This document shows positions 35,709-46,958 of a DNA stretch of 64,000 nucleotides, in pieces. The first letter of the stretch is position 1. Every line of letters begins with the position of its first letter. Source of the DNA: Oikopleura dioica (lineage: Eukaryota > Animalia > Chordata). The notes beneath the pieces are model-generated. The model was not told where the DNA came from and did not search any database. It worked only from the letters and a program-made list of their open reading frames with translations. The stretch is taken from assembly GCA_907165135.1 (NCBI GenBank), contig OU015568.1, positions 4,154,001 through 4,218,000 of the forward strand, written 5' to 3'. The position numbers and the translations under genes are program-made.

Positions 35709-36805
35709 ATGGGAAAAGAAGGACTTCAAGTTATAAATGCTGGTTATTCAAAAACTGGGACGAAGACCATGAATGTTATACTCACGGTAAGAAATGATAT
35801 CAGCTACCTTATGATCATTTTGTTTTAAAGAAACTTGGTTATAAAGTCTGTGACGCTCCGGAAGCAATTTACAGGCACTGGCAAGAGTGGGAGAAAATTG
35901 CCAACGGCGAAAAACCAAATGAAGTGCTTCAAAAATTATTTGGTCCGGGAAATCCAGATGAGTACACGGCTTGTGTTGATTTGCCCCACAATGCATACTG
36001 GGAATTGCTTTTGAAGCAGTTTCCCGATGCTAAAGGTAAGGCAAGAATAAATGCCAAAAGGAAGATTCGTTTTTTCAGTCATTCTCGTACTGAGGGATGA
36101 AAACAAATGGGCGACATCTCTTACCAAGCATTTGAAGGCAAGAATAATTACGAGCTATATTTTTATAAAGCTAAGGTTGAACGAGAAACGTTCCGGGAAA
36201 TGGCCTGGTGGCGCCTTCACGGTACCATCTATCGCTGGGTTTTCAACCATTCTTCTCGAGCGATGGGTTTGTACATGGATTGGATGCGACCGCTTTGTGG
36301 TGGCGGTGAAGCAAGAAATTTTTATGGCGAGAATATGGATGTTCATAGACTCAAATACAGGTGAGTCTTCCTTTCATCTTTTTCTTGAGGAAATTTTTCC
36401 AAGAATGCACAATCAGTATGTGATGAATAACTGCCCAAAGGAAAAGCTGCTTATTTGGAGAATCGAAGAAGGATGGGAGCCGATTTGCAAGTTCTTGGGC
36501 AAACCAGTTCCAGAAGGTCCCTTGCCCCACGAGAACCGACTTGGTGGTGTTATTCAAGAGCTAGCAAATTCTGTCGATTATCAGGTACGAGCTCATCGCG
36601 ATCAAAAAAAGCTCACGATTTTCAGGCAATGGTCCGTAAGCAGACGATATCTCTTGTCCTCCGAATGGGAATCATCGCTGGAGTCTCCTACGGCTGGTTC
36701 AAGAATCTCATCCAACCTCATCTTCAAGTAGAAGAATCGACTCCTTTCAACTGGAAAATGCTCGGCGCTGCGATCGCCTTTTTGGTCACTATGAGAAAAC
36801 TTTAG
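35709..36805 (+). CDS. Sulfotransferase family protein, copy 2 (tandem paralog)
   Basis: Same motifs and intron positions as copy 1. The third intron is GC-AG (ttgaag|gcaag...ctaag|gttgaa). Confidence 0.88.
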
Positions 36806-36983
36806 AAAATAAACATGTCTTTGATAATTTATTTTAATTCTGGATCTTTTGGAAGAATTCTGACTTTGAGCGGCTCCATCATGTGTTTTGTTTCCTTTTT
36901 GAAATTGACGGATTGAAGACAATAGAGGACTCCTGCGAGAAGGGAGAAAATGAGGACTAGAAAAAATGATGAAAAACAAGCTC

Positions 36984-37642
36984 TTAGGAGTAATATTTAC
37001 ATGATGGTAGCATGTAGTAGAGAAACGTCTCTATTCCAGCGCCAGTCTCATTCGTTTGAACCTTCTGAACGTCTCCAGAAGCCGCTTTTTCACTAAAAAA
37101 CGAGCTAGAAAAAGCACATTCGAGAGTTTTTTTACCAGCCACAGGTCCACTGATTGTCTCCATCAGAAAAACGAACATTCATTTTTTCAACGCCTCTGAT
37201 CCCGGCGAAATTATAAATGCAAAACTGTGCATCTCGAAAATGCTGAAATCCTCTTTGCTGCACGCCGAAAACAGTGAATAATTCATTTCGCCAATAATTG
37301 ATCAGATGGTAAACCCCTGATGAGCCTAATTTACGCGTGCGTAGCATTTTGTTAGTCGGTTAACCAGACTGCTTTCTACAGTGTAGATTTAGCAAAATCT
37401 TCTGCCAAAACTTTTTCAAAAAGTCGCTATTGAACTCGCCTGAGACAAGTTGTGCCTTTCAGGACACGATAATTGTAACTTGAAATCTTTGAGTTGTTTA
37501 TTGAGAAAAAGAGAACACCGATAAATGCACAGAGGGCTGACTTGAATAAATAATTGTATCTCTTATAATAGGTTAACTCTTGGAATAATAAAAGTTAGTA
37601 TACGTTCAATGTCAAAGAAAGTTGTTTCGATTCAAATGCTTT
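36984..37642 (-). CDS. Hypothetical protein with an N-proximal hydrophobic segment; start not found
   Basis: Spliced model KAFESKQLSLTLN|SALCAFIGVLFFSIN...TCLRR|KILLNLHCRKQS|GSSGVYHLINYW...QWTCG|CSFFSEK...PSCKYYS*. Confidence 0.5.
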
Positions 37643-37792
37643 CTGCTCTTTTTTTCAAAAAACTAAAAGAAGAAAAATAAAAAAATATTGAATCTATATT
37701 TTTTTAAAGAGCAAATTTTCGGAAAGAATTTTTCAATAATCATGTTTTTTATTGCAATTTAAGAATTATGATTAGAAGAACATGAATACATT

Positions 37793-38861
37793 CTAGTTAA
37801 CATCCAATCGCTGAGGACAGTCAAGTGCTTTGAGAAGTCTGTTGAAAACTTTCTTCGATCTCCGGAAATCGTCAGCGATTTTCTCGTTTCGTCGTTTCGC
37901 TCTTCTGTTTTCCTTGAGATGAATTCGATCGAGGCAAACCTTGTGGTCGTAAAACTCCATGGCCGAGTCCATAAGCGAGATGAAGCTACCACAGATGTCG
38001 GCTCCGATTTCTGGGATGGTCCATTTTTTTGTGCCAAACGGAGCATTTGTTGAATTCTCACAGGAATCGAATGTGTGCTCGTAGAACCAAGAAAACCGTT
38101 CGGCGACTCGGCGGAATTGCTTCATCTTCTGCTCTGGTTTACGTGTAATTGCTTCGGCCATTGTATTGTCTAGAATATCCCTGAGCTTGGTAAATGAATC
38201 GATCATTTGAATGCTCGGTGTATCGTCAATAGTAGGGCTGCAGACACTATCATCCTGTACTTTAAAAGATCTATTAAAATCATAATCGTGAAGCTGCAGT
38301 ACCTGATGTAACAGAAAGATGGAATCCGCGGTGATTTATCATAGTCTATGATTCATAGAATCACTGATGAAAGTAATACTTATCGAGTTTCCAGGAATAA
38401 AGACTGGTTCTCCGGGCACAAGATCTTCGAATTCCGCCCAAGACTCGGGCTCGCCCCAGTAGTCGTTGTCAAGGTTTTTGAATCGATTGCAGAAAGTCGA
38501 GTTGTAAGTCGAATCTCCATTCGTTATCGTCAATGAGTCCCAATCGCAACGATGGTGCTCTTGAAAGTTTGATTATTCAAGAAAAATATGGCAGTGATCT
38601 ACCTTCAATGTCGAAGTAAGTTGTATCGATTCGAAAGCTCTCGGCGCATTTATCTTGAATATTCCATTCGCAGAAAGTGTTGGATGGATAGAAAATAGAG
38701 GAATCGTCAGACATGGTATGATTAACTGGCGAGAAAATCTCCACACTATTCATATCCATGCTTAACTCAGTGAGTCCTCCACAATCGGAAAACTCGCTGC
38801 GATTACTTTCATCCCTCCTTGCGTTTGCCGCTGCGATGGTAAAAAATTGAAATATTTTCAT
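37793..38861 (-). pseudogene. CUB-domain secreted protein, copy A: internally deleted and frameshifted paralog of 40223-42165
   Basis: Same CUB exons as copy B (DCGG...FCEW...CDWDSLTITNG) and the same C-terminal domain. It carries a 14-nt insertion at about 38340-38360 followed by TGA TAA, and lacks the PAN-like middle region. Confidence 0.7.
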
Positions 38862-39316
38862 TTTTTTTCTGAATATTTTGCTTTTCCCTACTCTCTTTAT
38901 GTGTTGCGCACGGAGGCGCTAGAGAGTGTTAATGAGCGCTCAAGAAGTCCTCGTCATGTAAAAAAATACTCGTGGAGGAATCCTCTTATCGTAAACACAA
39001 CACTTCGACCTGGGAAAGGTTTTAGAACTTGTCGAAGACGACGTTGGTTAGAATGTTCATCAAAAAATTGCTGGCCACAAGGCCAAGTGTAAAAACAGAC
39101 ACGCATTTCCCGCTATGATAAGCTTTCAAGTTGAAGCTGGAAAATCAAAATAACCTGATCGTACTTGAATAATAACTGCTTTTAATGTAAACAAAAAGAC
39201 ACGACGCTTCAATTTAAAAGTCCGTAAACTGAATCATGCGAAAAAGAAAATATCTTTCGATTTAGTCAGATACTTTTTTCACAATCAAAGAAATCAAAAT
39301 ATGCGCATCTTTACTT

Positions 39317-40000
39317 ATGAAGTGGGCAAACACAAAATGCACTAAACCGCAATGTGGGAAGGTTCAACCTTTTTTGGCATCCATCCTCGCTCTCCTTTCC
39401 TTCATAAAAATCATGGGCCACTCAGAAGCCGCCGAGCTTTTTCACCAATTTCTCCATCGGCTCGCGAGTTCTAGAGACACTCCTGGAATTTATGAAAAAG
39501 GGTTGAGATGGGTCGATGACTTTTTAGAGAAGAATTTTTCTGCCACCTTCTGGGGTTACTTTTTCAGAGAGCTCAATTTTTGTCAGAATTTAAAATGCGT
39601 CGATGGACTGTTTTCAGGATTGTCTGCGGAAAAATTTGGGAGGAAATTCGAAGATATTTTTCAACAAGGTAAATTTATGAAATAAGGGTGTCGCTGTCCT
39701 TAGGCAAGCTTTCTTCTGACCCTTGTTTAACTGTATATTTTAGGGTTGCTAGAAGATGCGTCATATTTTCTGACAAAAACGAAGCAAAGAAAAATCCTAA
39801 CGAAGCTTTTTCATTCTACCTGTTTATTCAATATTTCACGAAAATATTTTCCTTTCTTGTCAAAACGAGAGCCTCCGTCTTTGGGCGAACTTTTGCGATG
39901 GAAGATAAGAAAGGATCTTCTGATAAATGAACAAATTATTTTTGCGATTGATGTTCCTTTACATATTCTTCAGATTTTAAAATATGATCTTCCTGTTTGA
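39317..40000 (+). CDS. Small protein with a SOCS-box-like C-terminus
   Basis: The exon join caacaag|gtaaat...ttttag|ggttgcta is in phase. The C-terminus PPSLGELLRWKIRKDLL...IFAIDVPLHILQILKY resembles a SOCS box. Confidence 0.5.
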
Positions 40001-40222
40001 TACGAATAAAAACTTTTAACAATAAAATTTTTCATTCGAGAAAAAATGGTGAATTCATCGCATATCTTGTCGGAACGACTCGTGGATTAAGAAAAGTGGA
40101 CAGACCTTGTTTCCTTCCTCTTCGGGAGTCCTAAATCTCCAGATTTTTTCCGCAAAGCCACGAACTAAGACTATCCTTATAAAAAGAGCCTGCTCTTGTT
40201 ATGAACCTTCGAACTCTTGAAA

Positions 40223-42165
40223 ATGAAAATATTTCGATTTTTAAACATCGCTGCAGCAAACGCGAGAAGAGATGAAAGTGGTCGCAACGAATTTTTCGAT
40301 TGTGGAGGATTAACGGAGTTCAACGACGAAATCAAAAGTGTTGAGATTTTCTCACCTATTGATTTTGCCGCGTCAAACGATTCCTCGAAATTCTATCCAT
40401 ACAATGCTTTTTGCGAATGGGACTTCCACGATGACTGCGCAGATAGCTTCCGAATCGATACAACGTACTTCGACATTGAAGGTAGATCACCGCCATATTT
40501 TTCTCGAATAATCAAACTTTCCCCCAAGGAAACCCTCGTTGCGTTTGGGACTCATTGACGATTACGAATGGAGATTCAACTTACAACTCGACTTTCTGCA
40601 ATCGATTCAACAACGTTGACGACTATTTTTCCGACGACTACTGGGGCGAGCCCGAGTCTTGGGCGGAATTCGAAGATCTTGTGCCCGGTGAACCAGTCTT
40701 CATTCCCGGCAACTCGATGAGCATTACTTTCATCAGTGATGGTGTCATTAATCACAGTGGCTTCCAACTTTCCATTTCACCAGGTAATAATTGACAGCTT
40801 TACCATTCTCTTTTTCATTCATCATCTTAAAGTCCGTGACGATCAGACCTGCAGCTTCACTGAAAACAAACCGGTGTGCGTTTGGCCATACAAAGAGCAC
40901 AACACCGTTTTCATGAAGGCTTGGAACATTGGATCGCAAGACAAACTGACCCCCTTCTCCAACTATGCGGATTCTTTCAACGATGATGACAACGTAGGTA
41001 TTCTCAGTTTTAGAAAGCAATGCGCTGGAAGATGTCGCGATACTCCTGGTTGCTTCAAATTCATGCTTGATGGAGCTTCTACCTGCTTGCTTCGAGGGAA
41101 CGAATTGGAAAATCGCAATCATGATAGTTACGGTAGGATTGACAATTTTAAAAACTATCGTTTTTACCTTACGATTTAGCAATTAACGGAGAAGACTGCC
41201 CATCAGAGCCATCGACTCGCCTTTGGAAGGATTTCAAAACAAGAGCAGTAGTCTTTTGCAAGTTTTATGACGTCTCAGATGCAATTTGGTATTTGAATAA
41301 TCGCCTGCTCAAGTATAATCCCCAAGCATTAAAATGGGTAAGACCGTTTTCCATAATTGATTTTACTTTCATTATAGCCTATAATTTATAGGCTGTTACA
41401 GATGAAAAGGGAGCAACTTTGAAACGAAGAATGTCTCGAAAATGGACGTTTGCGATCGCAGATGATAAAAACAGCGGCGATGGAGTTTGGTACTCCTTCG
41501 AGTCAACTGCATTCATCCGCGAGTACCTCGTCCCTGTCAATGAAACGTCCGCCACCACGACATCTACGGGCACTTTTGGTAGAAGAAAACGAGAGACGAA
41601 CGACTCAGATGTCCTCGTCGACATGACCGGCCAAATAATCCAGGATTTCATCGAGAATCTCGATATCGGAGACGCTCAAGTCGTCGAAACAGAAATCTCC
41701 GATATCGAAGTTGAGAGCTTGGATCCAATCGACGATACACCGAGCAATCACATGATCTACTCATACACCAAACTGAGGGATTTTCTTGAAGTAACCATGG
41801 CCGAAGCAAGCACAAGAAGACCAGGGCAGAAGATGAAGCAATTCCGCCGAGTCACCGAACGGTTCTCTTGGTTCTACGAGCACACGTTCGATTCCTGTGA
41901 AAATCCAACAACTGCTCCGTTTGGCACAGAAAAATGGACCATCCCAGAAGTCGGAACCGACATCTGTGATAGCTTCGTGTCGCTTATGGACTCGACCATG
42001 GAATATTACGACCACAAAGTTTGCCTCGATCGAATTGATCTCAAGGAAAACAGAAGAGCATACCGAAGAAATGGGAAAATCGTCGATGATGTCCGAAGAT
42101 CGAAGAAAGTTTTCAACAGACTTCTCAAAGCACTTGACTGTCCTCAGCGATTGGATGTTAACTAA
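40223..42165 (+). CDS. Secreted CUB plus PAN/apple-like plus Cys-containing helical C-terminal domain protein, copy B (intact)
   Basis: CUB: DCGG...YPYNAFCEW...RCVWDSLTI...TFCN...ITFISDGVINHSGFQL. PAN-like: KQCAGRCRDTPGCFKFML...TCLLRG. An RRKR furin-like site precedes the C-terminal domain. Confidence 0.82.
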
Positions 42166-42209
42166 TATGTTCTCCCTTACCGTTCATGTATACCCTTAAG
42201 TCATCCTTC

Positions 42210-42770
42210 TTATATTTTAATATACAAAAATGACTCTCGAACAAAAAGTACTCGTTGAAGTTTTTGAAGGTTATAATGACTCATTTCAGAAAAAAAAGCT
42301 TTGAGAAATAAGTCTTTTAACAAAAGGCTCTCGTACTTCAAATTGGCTCCGAAAACTTGCCCTTTTGAAATGATGTCTCCCTTTCTCAATGAAGCGCGAA
42401 ACAAAGATCTGAAGAGCGGATTTATATTTTTGTTTTTCTTCTTTCTTCATTTTATTTTCGGGAAAAAAAGAGCAGGAGTGATATTGACCGAGAGGATTTG
42501 ATGATTCGTAAAATGGAGGAGAAAGGCGCAATTATGGCAATCGGCGCGGACTGAGAGATCAAATGGACTCCCAGCACTCATAAATGTGTTGTCTTTGAGC
42601 TCGTCGTTAAAAAGATAAGACGCGTGTTTTCTTGCCATACCAGCCTTGTATATCAAAAAAAGCCAGAGATCAGTCATCAGAAGAGATTTTTTCCCTAGAA
42701 GATAGAAAAAAATGTGAAGATGCTTGCTCTAGAATTCGTGCTATTTTACCTCGGCTCAGGTATTCTTTCT
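42210..42770 (-). CDS. Possible gene fragment next to the hAT MITE
   Basis: Exon-like ORFs (KSLLMTDLWLFLIYKAG...NHQILSVN; SLFRASLRKGDIISKGQVFG) with plausible splice sites. No recognisable domain. Confidence 0.3.
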
Positions 42771-42808
42771 AGCCGATTTTGATAAATTCAGGATCGTTTT
42801 ATTTTGAT

Positions 42809-43273
42809 CAGGGCTCTAAACAGACTAGTCCGGGCTCGGACTAAGTCCGAAGTTCGTCAAGTCTTGTCCGGCCGGACGGACCAGACTTCTGATTTTTTGG
42901 CTGAGAAAATTTTTGGACTAAACCAGACCAGACTTGGCTCTGTCCCCGGACTTAGTCCGAAAAGTCCGAAAAAGCTGGACTACTTCCAGACTTATGTGAC
43001 ATAAGTTATGTCTTAGTCCGAAAAGACTGAGATGTCCAAAAAGTCCGAGAAGACTGGACCACTTCCAGACTACTTACAGACTTATTTTCTGACCACTAGA
43101 ATCCGAAAAAGTCCGAAAAGTCTTCATTTTTCTAAGAAATACGAATATATTTCGAACAAAATACGTAAGTTTTACTTGATTCAGTTCAAAAAATTTTAGA
43201 AAGAATTTCAAATTATCGATGTGTACTTACTGATGAGTTAGTTTCGATTTTTCGCCTCAGATTTAGAGCCCTG
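42809..43273. mobile_element. hAT-type MITE with a perfect 8-bp target-site duplication
   Basis: ATTTTGAT|cagggctctaaa ... tttagagccctg|ATTTTGAT, with subterminal gactaagtccg/ggacttagtcc repeats. Confidence 0.93.
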
Positions 43274-43387
43274 ATTTTGATTTTAAAAAAATTTTGGTCC
43301 ATCTCTTTCAAAATATAGTAGATATTGATGGTTATTTAGTACTTGATTCAAATTTTCTATGTGAATCGAATATAAAAAGATTCAGAG

Positions 43388-46300
43388 TTGTTGAAATTTA
43401 TGGTGTTTAGCTTTTGCCGAAAAACCGAAACGTACAACTTTCCAAAAGGCGTCTTTCCTTTCGAAGATTACCGAGCTGGTCGAATCAGTCTTCACGAGCT
43501 TGGCTTTCCGTCGGAAAAATATGTAATCTCAAAGCCGCCAGTCGAGATCAAAGTCAAAGCAATAGGAGATGATCAGACGGAGAGCGGCGTTTTTATGCGA
43601 CAAGAGCTGCCAAACCATTTTGACGAGCTCATCGCCTCAATTGGCGAAGAAGACGAAGACGAACTGACGATCATACAATTTGACGAAGAAGTCGAGGAGG
43701 GGACGAAAGTCGTCGTCACGCTCAATTTCATCGATGGGAAAGAAGACGAAGCAAAGGTGTTTTAAGATACAGACAAAACGGACAATTCCGGAACGGACAA
43801 TTCCGGAGATTTGAGGGAAATTGGTAAAATTTTGTAAGCGCACAATTCCGAAAATTTCAAACAAAAAATTCAACTGAGAGGTCTATTTTCTATGTTGGAC
43901 CACCTTTTTGCGAAAAAAAACGAATAATTTTCAGAAAAGTAATCAGAGAAAAGCCAAAAAAGCCATCGGCAGCACTTAAAAAAGCCTATTTTCAGGTTGA
44001 CACCCTTCAAAAATTTTTCAAGTAGAATTCGGACAATTCCGGAGATTTGGCGCTTTTCCCCATAAAAAAAACTTCCGGAATTTTCCGTTTTGTCTGTAAT
44101 AAACAAAAACTATTTTTATCATAATTTTCTCAGCAAAACAGCGAATTGGACGTCTACCACATCGACGAAATGGAAATCTCCAGCGAGAGTCCCTTCGACT
44201 CGTCGCAAAAGCATTTGAGCTTTACGATCCGTCCAGTTAAAGGTGAAACAAGTTATAAATGTCAGTTAGCTCGAGTGATCTTCATTTTACGATAATCGCT
44301 TTCTACTTTTTGAAGAGCTGACTTTGAAGTTCATTTATTATGTCGAAATGCGGTTTGAAGAAGTGTTGGTTCTCGTAAATTAAAAGATTAAAATAGCAAC
44401 ATGAATAATGTCAATTTCTCCGGGTTAAAATAAGGTTCCTATCTCCCTAAAAATGCATTCAGAATCAGCTGAGCCAATTGCGATTCGACTGTCAGAACTT
44501 CCAAACGATCCACGAGACTTCAACTTTCTCAAAACCGAAATCATCGAAGAATCTTCCGATGAGAAAATTCTTCTCCGTACTCATTTTGAACTGACTCCAG
44601 AATATCTCGTCGATTCGGTTGTTCAATTCTTCGATTTCAAGAAGCTTTTGGTTCCGCTTGAGCAAGTCATGATTGAGGATGTTGATTGCTTTGAGAAGAG
44701 TGGGGTTGAAATCGACGAGAACGGCATTGTGTTGGTCGACTATTTTTTCTTCCAGGAGAAAGAAATTTGCGAGAAAACTGAGATGCTCATTCTCAATTTG
44801 GCGCAAAAAGAATTTGAGATATTTCTCCCGAAAAACTCGTATGCACCAAAACTGCTTGGCTTCAATTTTACAGCTCTTGAGATCGTCTTTGCCAATGACT
44901 ACATAAGCCCCGCATTGAACAATCTCGCATATCTTCTGGTGGAAGATAAAGACGGGCTGAGTTCCGGAATCGGTCTCCCCAAATTGATGCCGATTTCAAA
45001 GTCATCTGTTTTGGGGTCTTCACTCATTTTTACGCCGATAAAGACGCCTCACGAAAACATTCTTCTCTACGAACTGCGACTATCTTATCCGGAAGATTTA
45101 TTCTCGATAAAGGACTTGCAATCACATTTAGAAATGATTGGCATCAAATACTTGAAAATCTCCGACCAGCCGATTTACGATTCTTTGAGAAAATCATCGA
45201 TTTATCCGTTTTCTCTAAGAAAATGCGAAAAAACGACACATAAATTCATCATTTCAGAAGATTTCAAGGACTGCACGGATGCAAAACTGGCTGTCAAAAT
45301 TCTCAAAGCTCAGCTAGACCCCTGCGATACAGAAGTATTCCTCGATTCTGCATCGAAAACGATCACAATAAGCTCTAAAGACCCACTGGACCGAAAAGTC
45401 ATCGATAAAACGAAAGAAATCCTCGGATGTCTCGTCAGATCTCCACGAACAGATCTCGAGACCGATATTTCTAGCGCAGGAAGTGCGATGAAAACTGAAT
45501 ATCTTCCGTATGCGATTCCCGGGATCGCCTTGGTTTTCATTTTGTGGATATTGGCGAAGGACTTGCTACAGAAACAGAAGGAGAAAGACTCGTTGGAGAG
45601 AATCTTCTTTTTGCTTGAATCGCTGTTCATATTCTTGGATATTTGCTCAACAGGTTTGCTACACATAGTGAACTAGAAGATTTGTTTTTAAATTTTCCAA
45701 TTGACCTGTAGAAAGTTATGAATGAGCACCATAACGGAATGTTAAAGTTCTAGCCATTTAAATTTAAGTCTCTCGCTTCCTTTCTGATTAATTTATTATA
45801 GCTGTTAAATTATCATCAGCTCCTATAAGTCGGATTTTTAAGCTCTCTACGCAAAAATAGAATTGGGTTTATTTTATATTTAGCTGCTGTTCTGTCTATT
45901 TACCTTCAAAAACGCGTCATCTCCGACCTCTCAACTACTTTCATTATTCTGATCATCGTCCTCATGCTCGCTTCTCTTGCCCTACTCATCTTCCGAAACC
46001 TCAAACCAATGGACCACTTCGGCTGGATCATCCTCGATTCATTGAGCATCAAGGGTCTTCAAATTTTTCTCATCGGCCTCTATTTTGTTCCATTCATTCC
46101 AGCAACCTTTGGGTACCCGATCTTTCTGATCATCTTTGCCGTCTTTGGCCTCCTCGGATTTCTTTGGAACATGGTCATGTGGTTCTCGAAATTGACCGAA
46201 GAGCGAGAGCGAACAAAAGTATGATTCCAATCAAGAAAGCTTTTTATCAAAAAAAAAAAATATTTAGGAGATGATATTTTTTGGCATTTCGGGAGTACTC

Positions 46301-46640
46301 GGGCTTACTTCTTGGATTTGCTTTTTGGTCTACATTTTGATGAATTTCGGGCGGACAAATCTTCAATCACAATTCAGGTTAGCACAAATGAAAGCTGTTA
46401 ACTCGAGTCTTTAGGTGCATTGAAATCAAGGAGGACAACAAAATCCCCACTCCGTTTTCTTGCTTCGAAATCGGTCAATTTTTCTTCATCATTCCTGCCG
46501 CTGGAGCTGTGCTCTTTGGACTATTAAACTTATTCCTCTCGCTCAAATCGATATCAGGAAAATTGAAAAACTACAAAACAAAATGTTTTTTCGTAAACTT
46601 TCTTCAATTTTCTAAGATCCTGGACAAAGAAGACTTCTAG
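43388..46640 (+). CDS. Seven-transmembrane protein with a large acidic ectodomain bearing degenerate cadherin-like motifs; start uncertain
   Basis: Exons at about 43388-43756, 44134-44242, 44462-45592, 45884-46219, 46268-46377 and 46415-46640 splice in phase with GT-AG. Seven hydrophobic segments run from YAIPGIALVFILWILA to FFFIIPAAGAVLFGLLNLFLSL. Confidence 0.78.
43770..44096. mobile_element. TA-flanked (Tc1/mariner-like) MITE inside an intron of the 7TM gene
   Basis: TA|cagacaaaacgga ... tccgttttgtctg|TA, with internal cggacaattccgg repeats. Confidence 0.8.
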
Positions 46641-46958
46641 AAAGCCGCGAAGAAGCGCCCTCAAATCGTGATAACCAGACCCTGAGAAAGTGATAAACAC
46701 GACTGTATATGTTTTGAAATGTATATTGTACCAGAATTTACAAACAATAAAAAGAGTTGCTGAACTACAGTACATTTTGTGTGTTTTGACGCAGTGCTTA
46801 TTTTCTGTACAATTGTGTGAGTGTTTTATATGCAGCGAAGAAATTTTAAGTATTTTTGTCAGAATTTGTTAGATTTTTTTCTAAGGGAGAATCCTTTTGG
46901 TGATCCTCATTGATGCTGTTGACTTGGAATTTTCAGAAGTTGTCGAGGTTTTGGCGGT

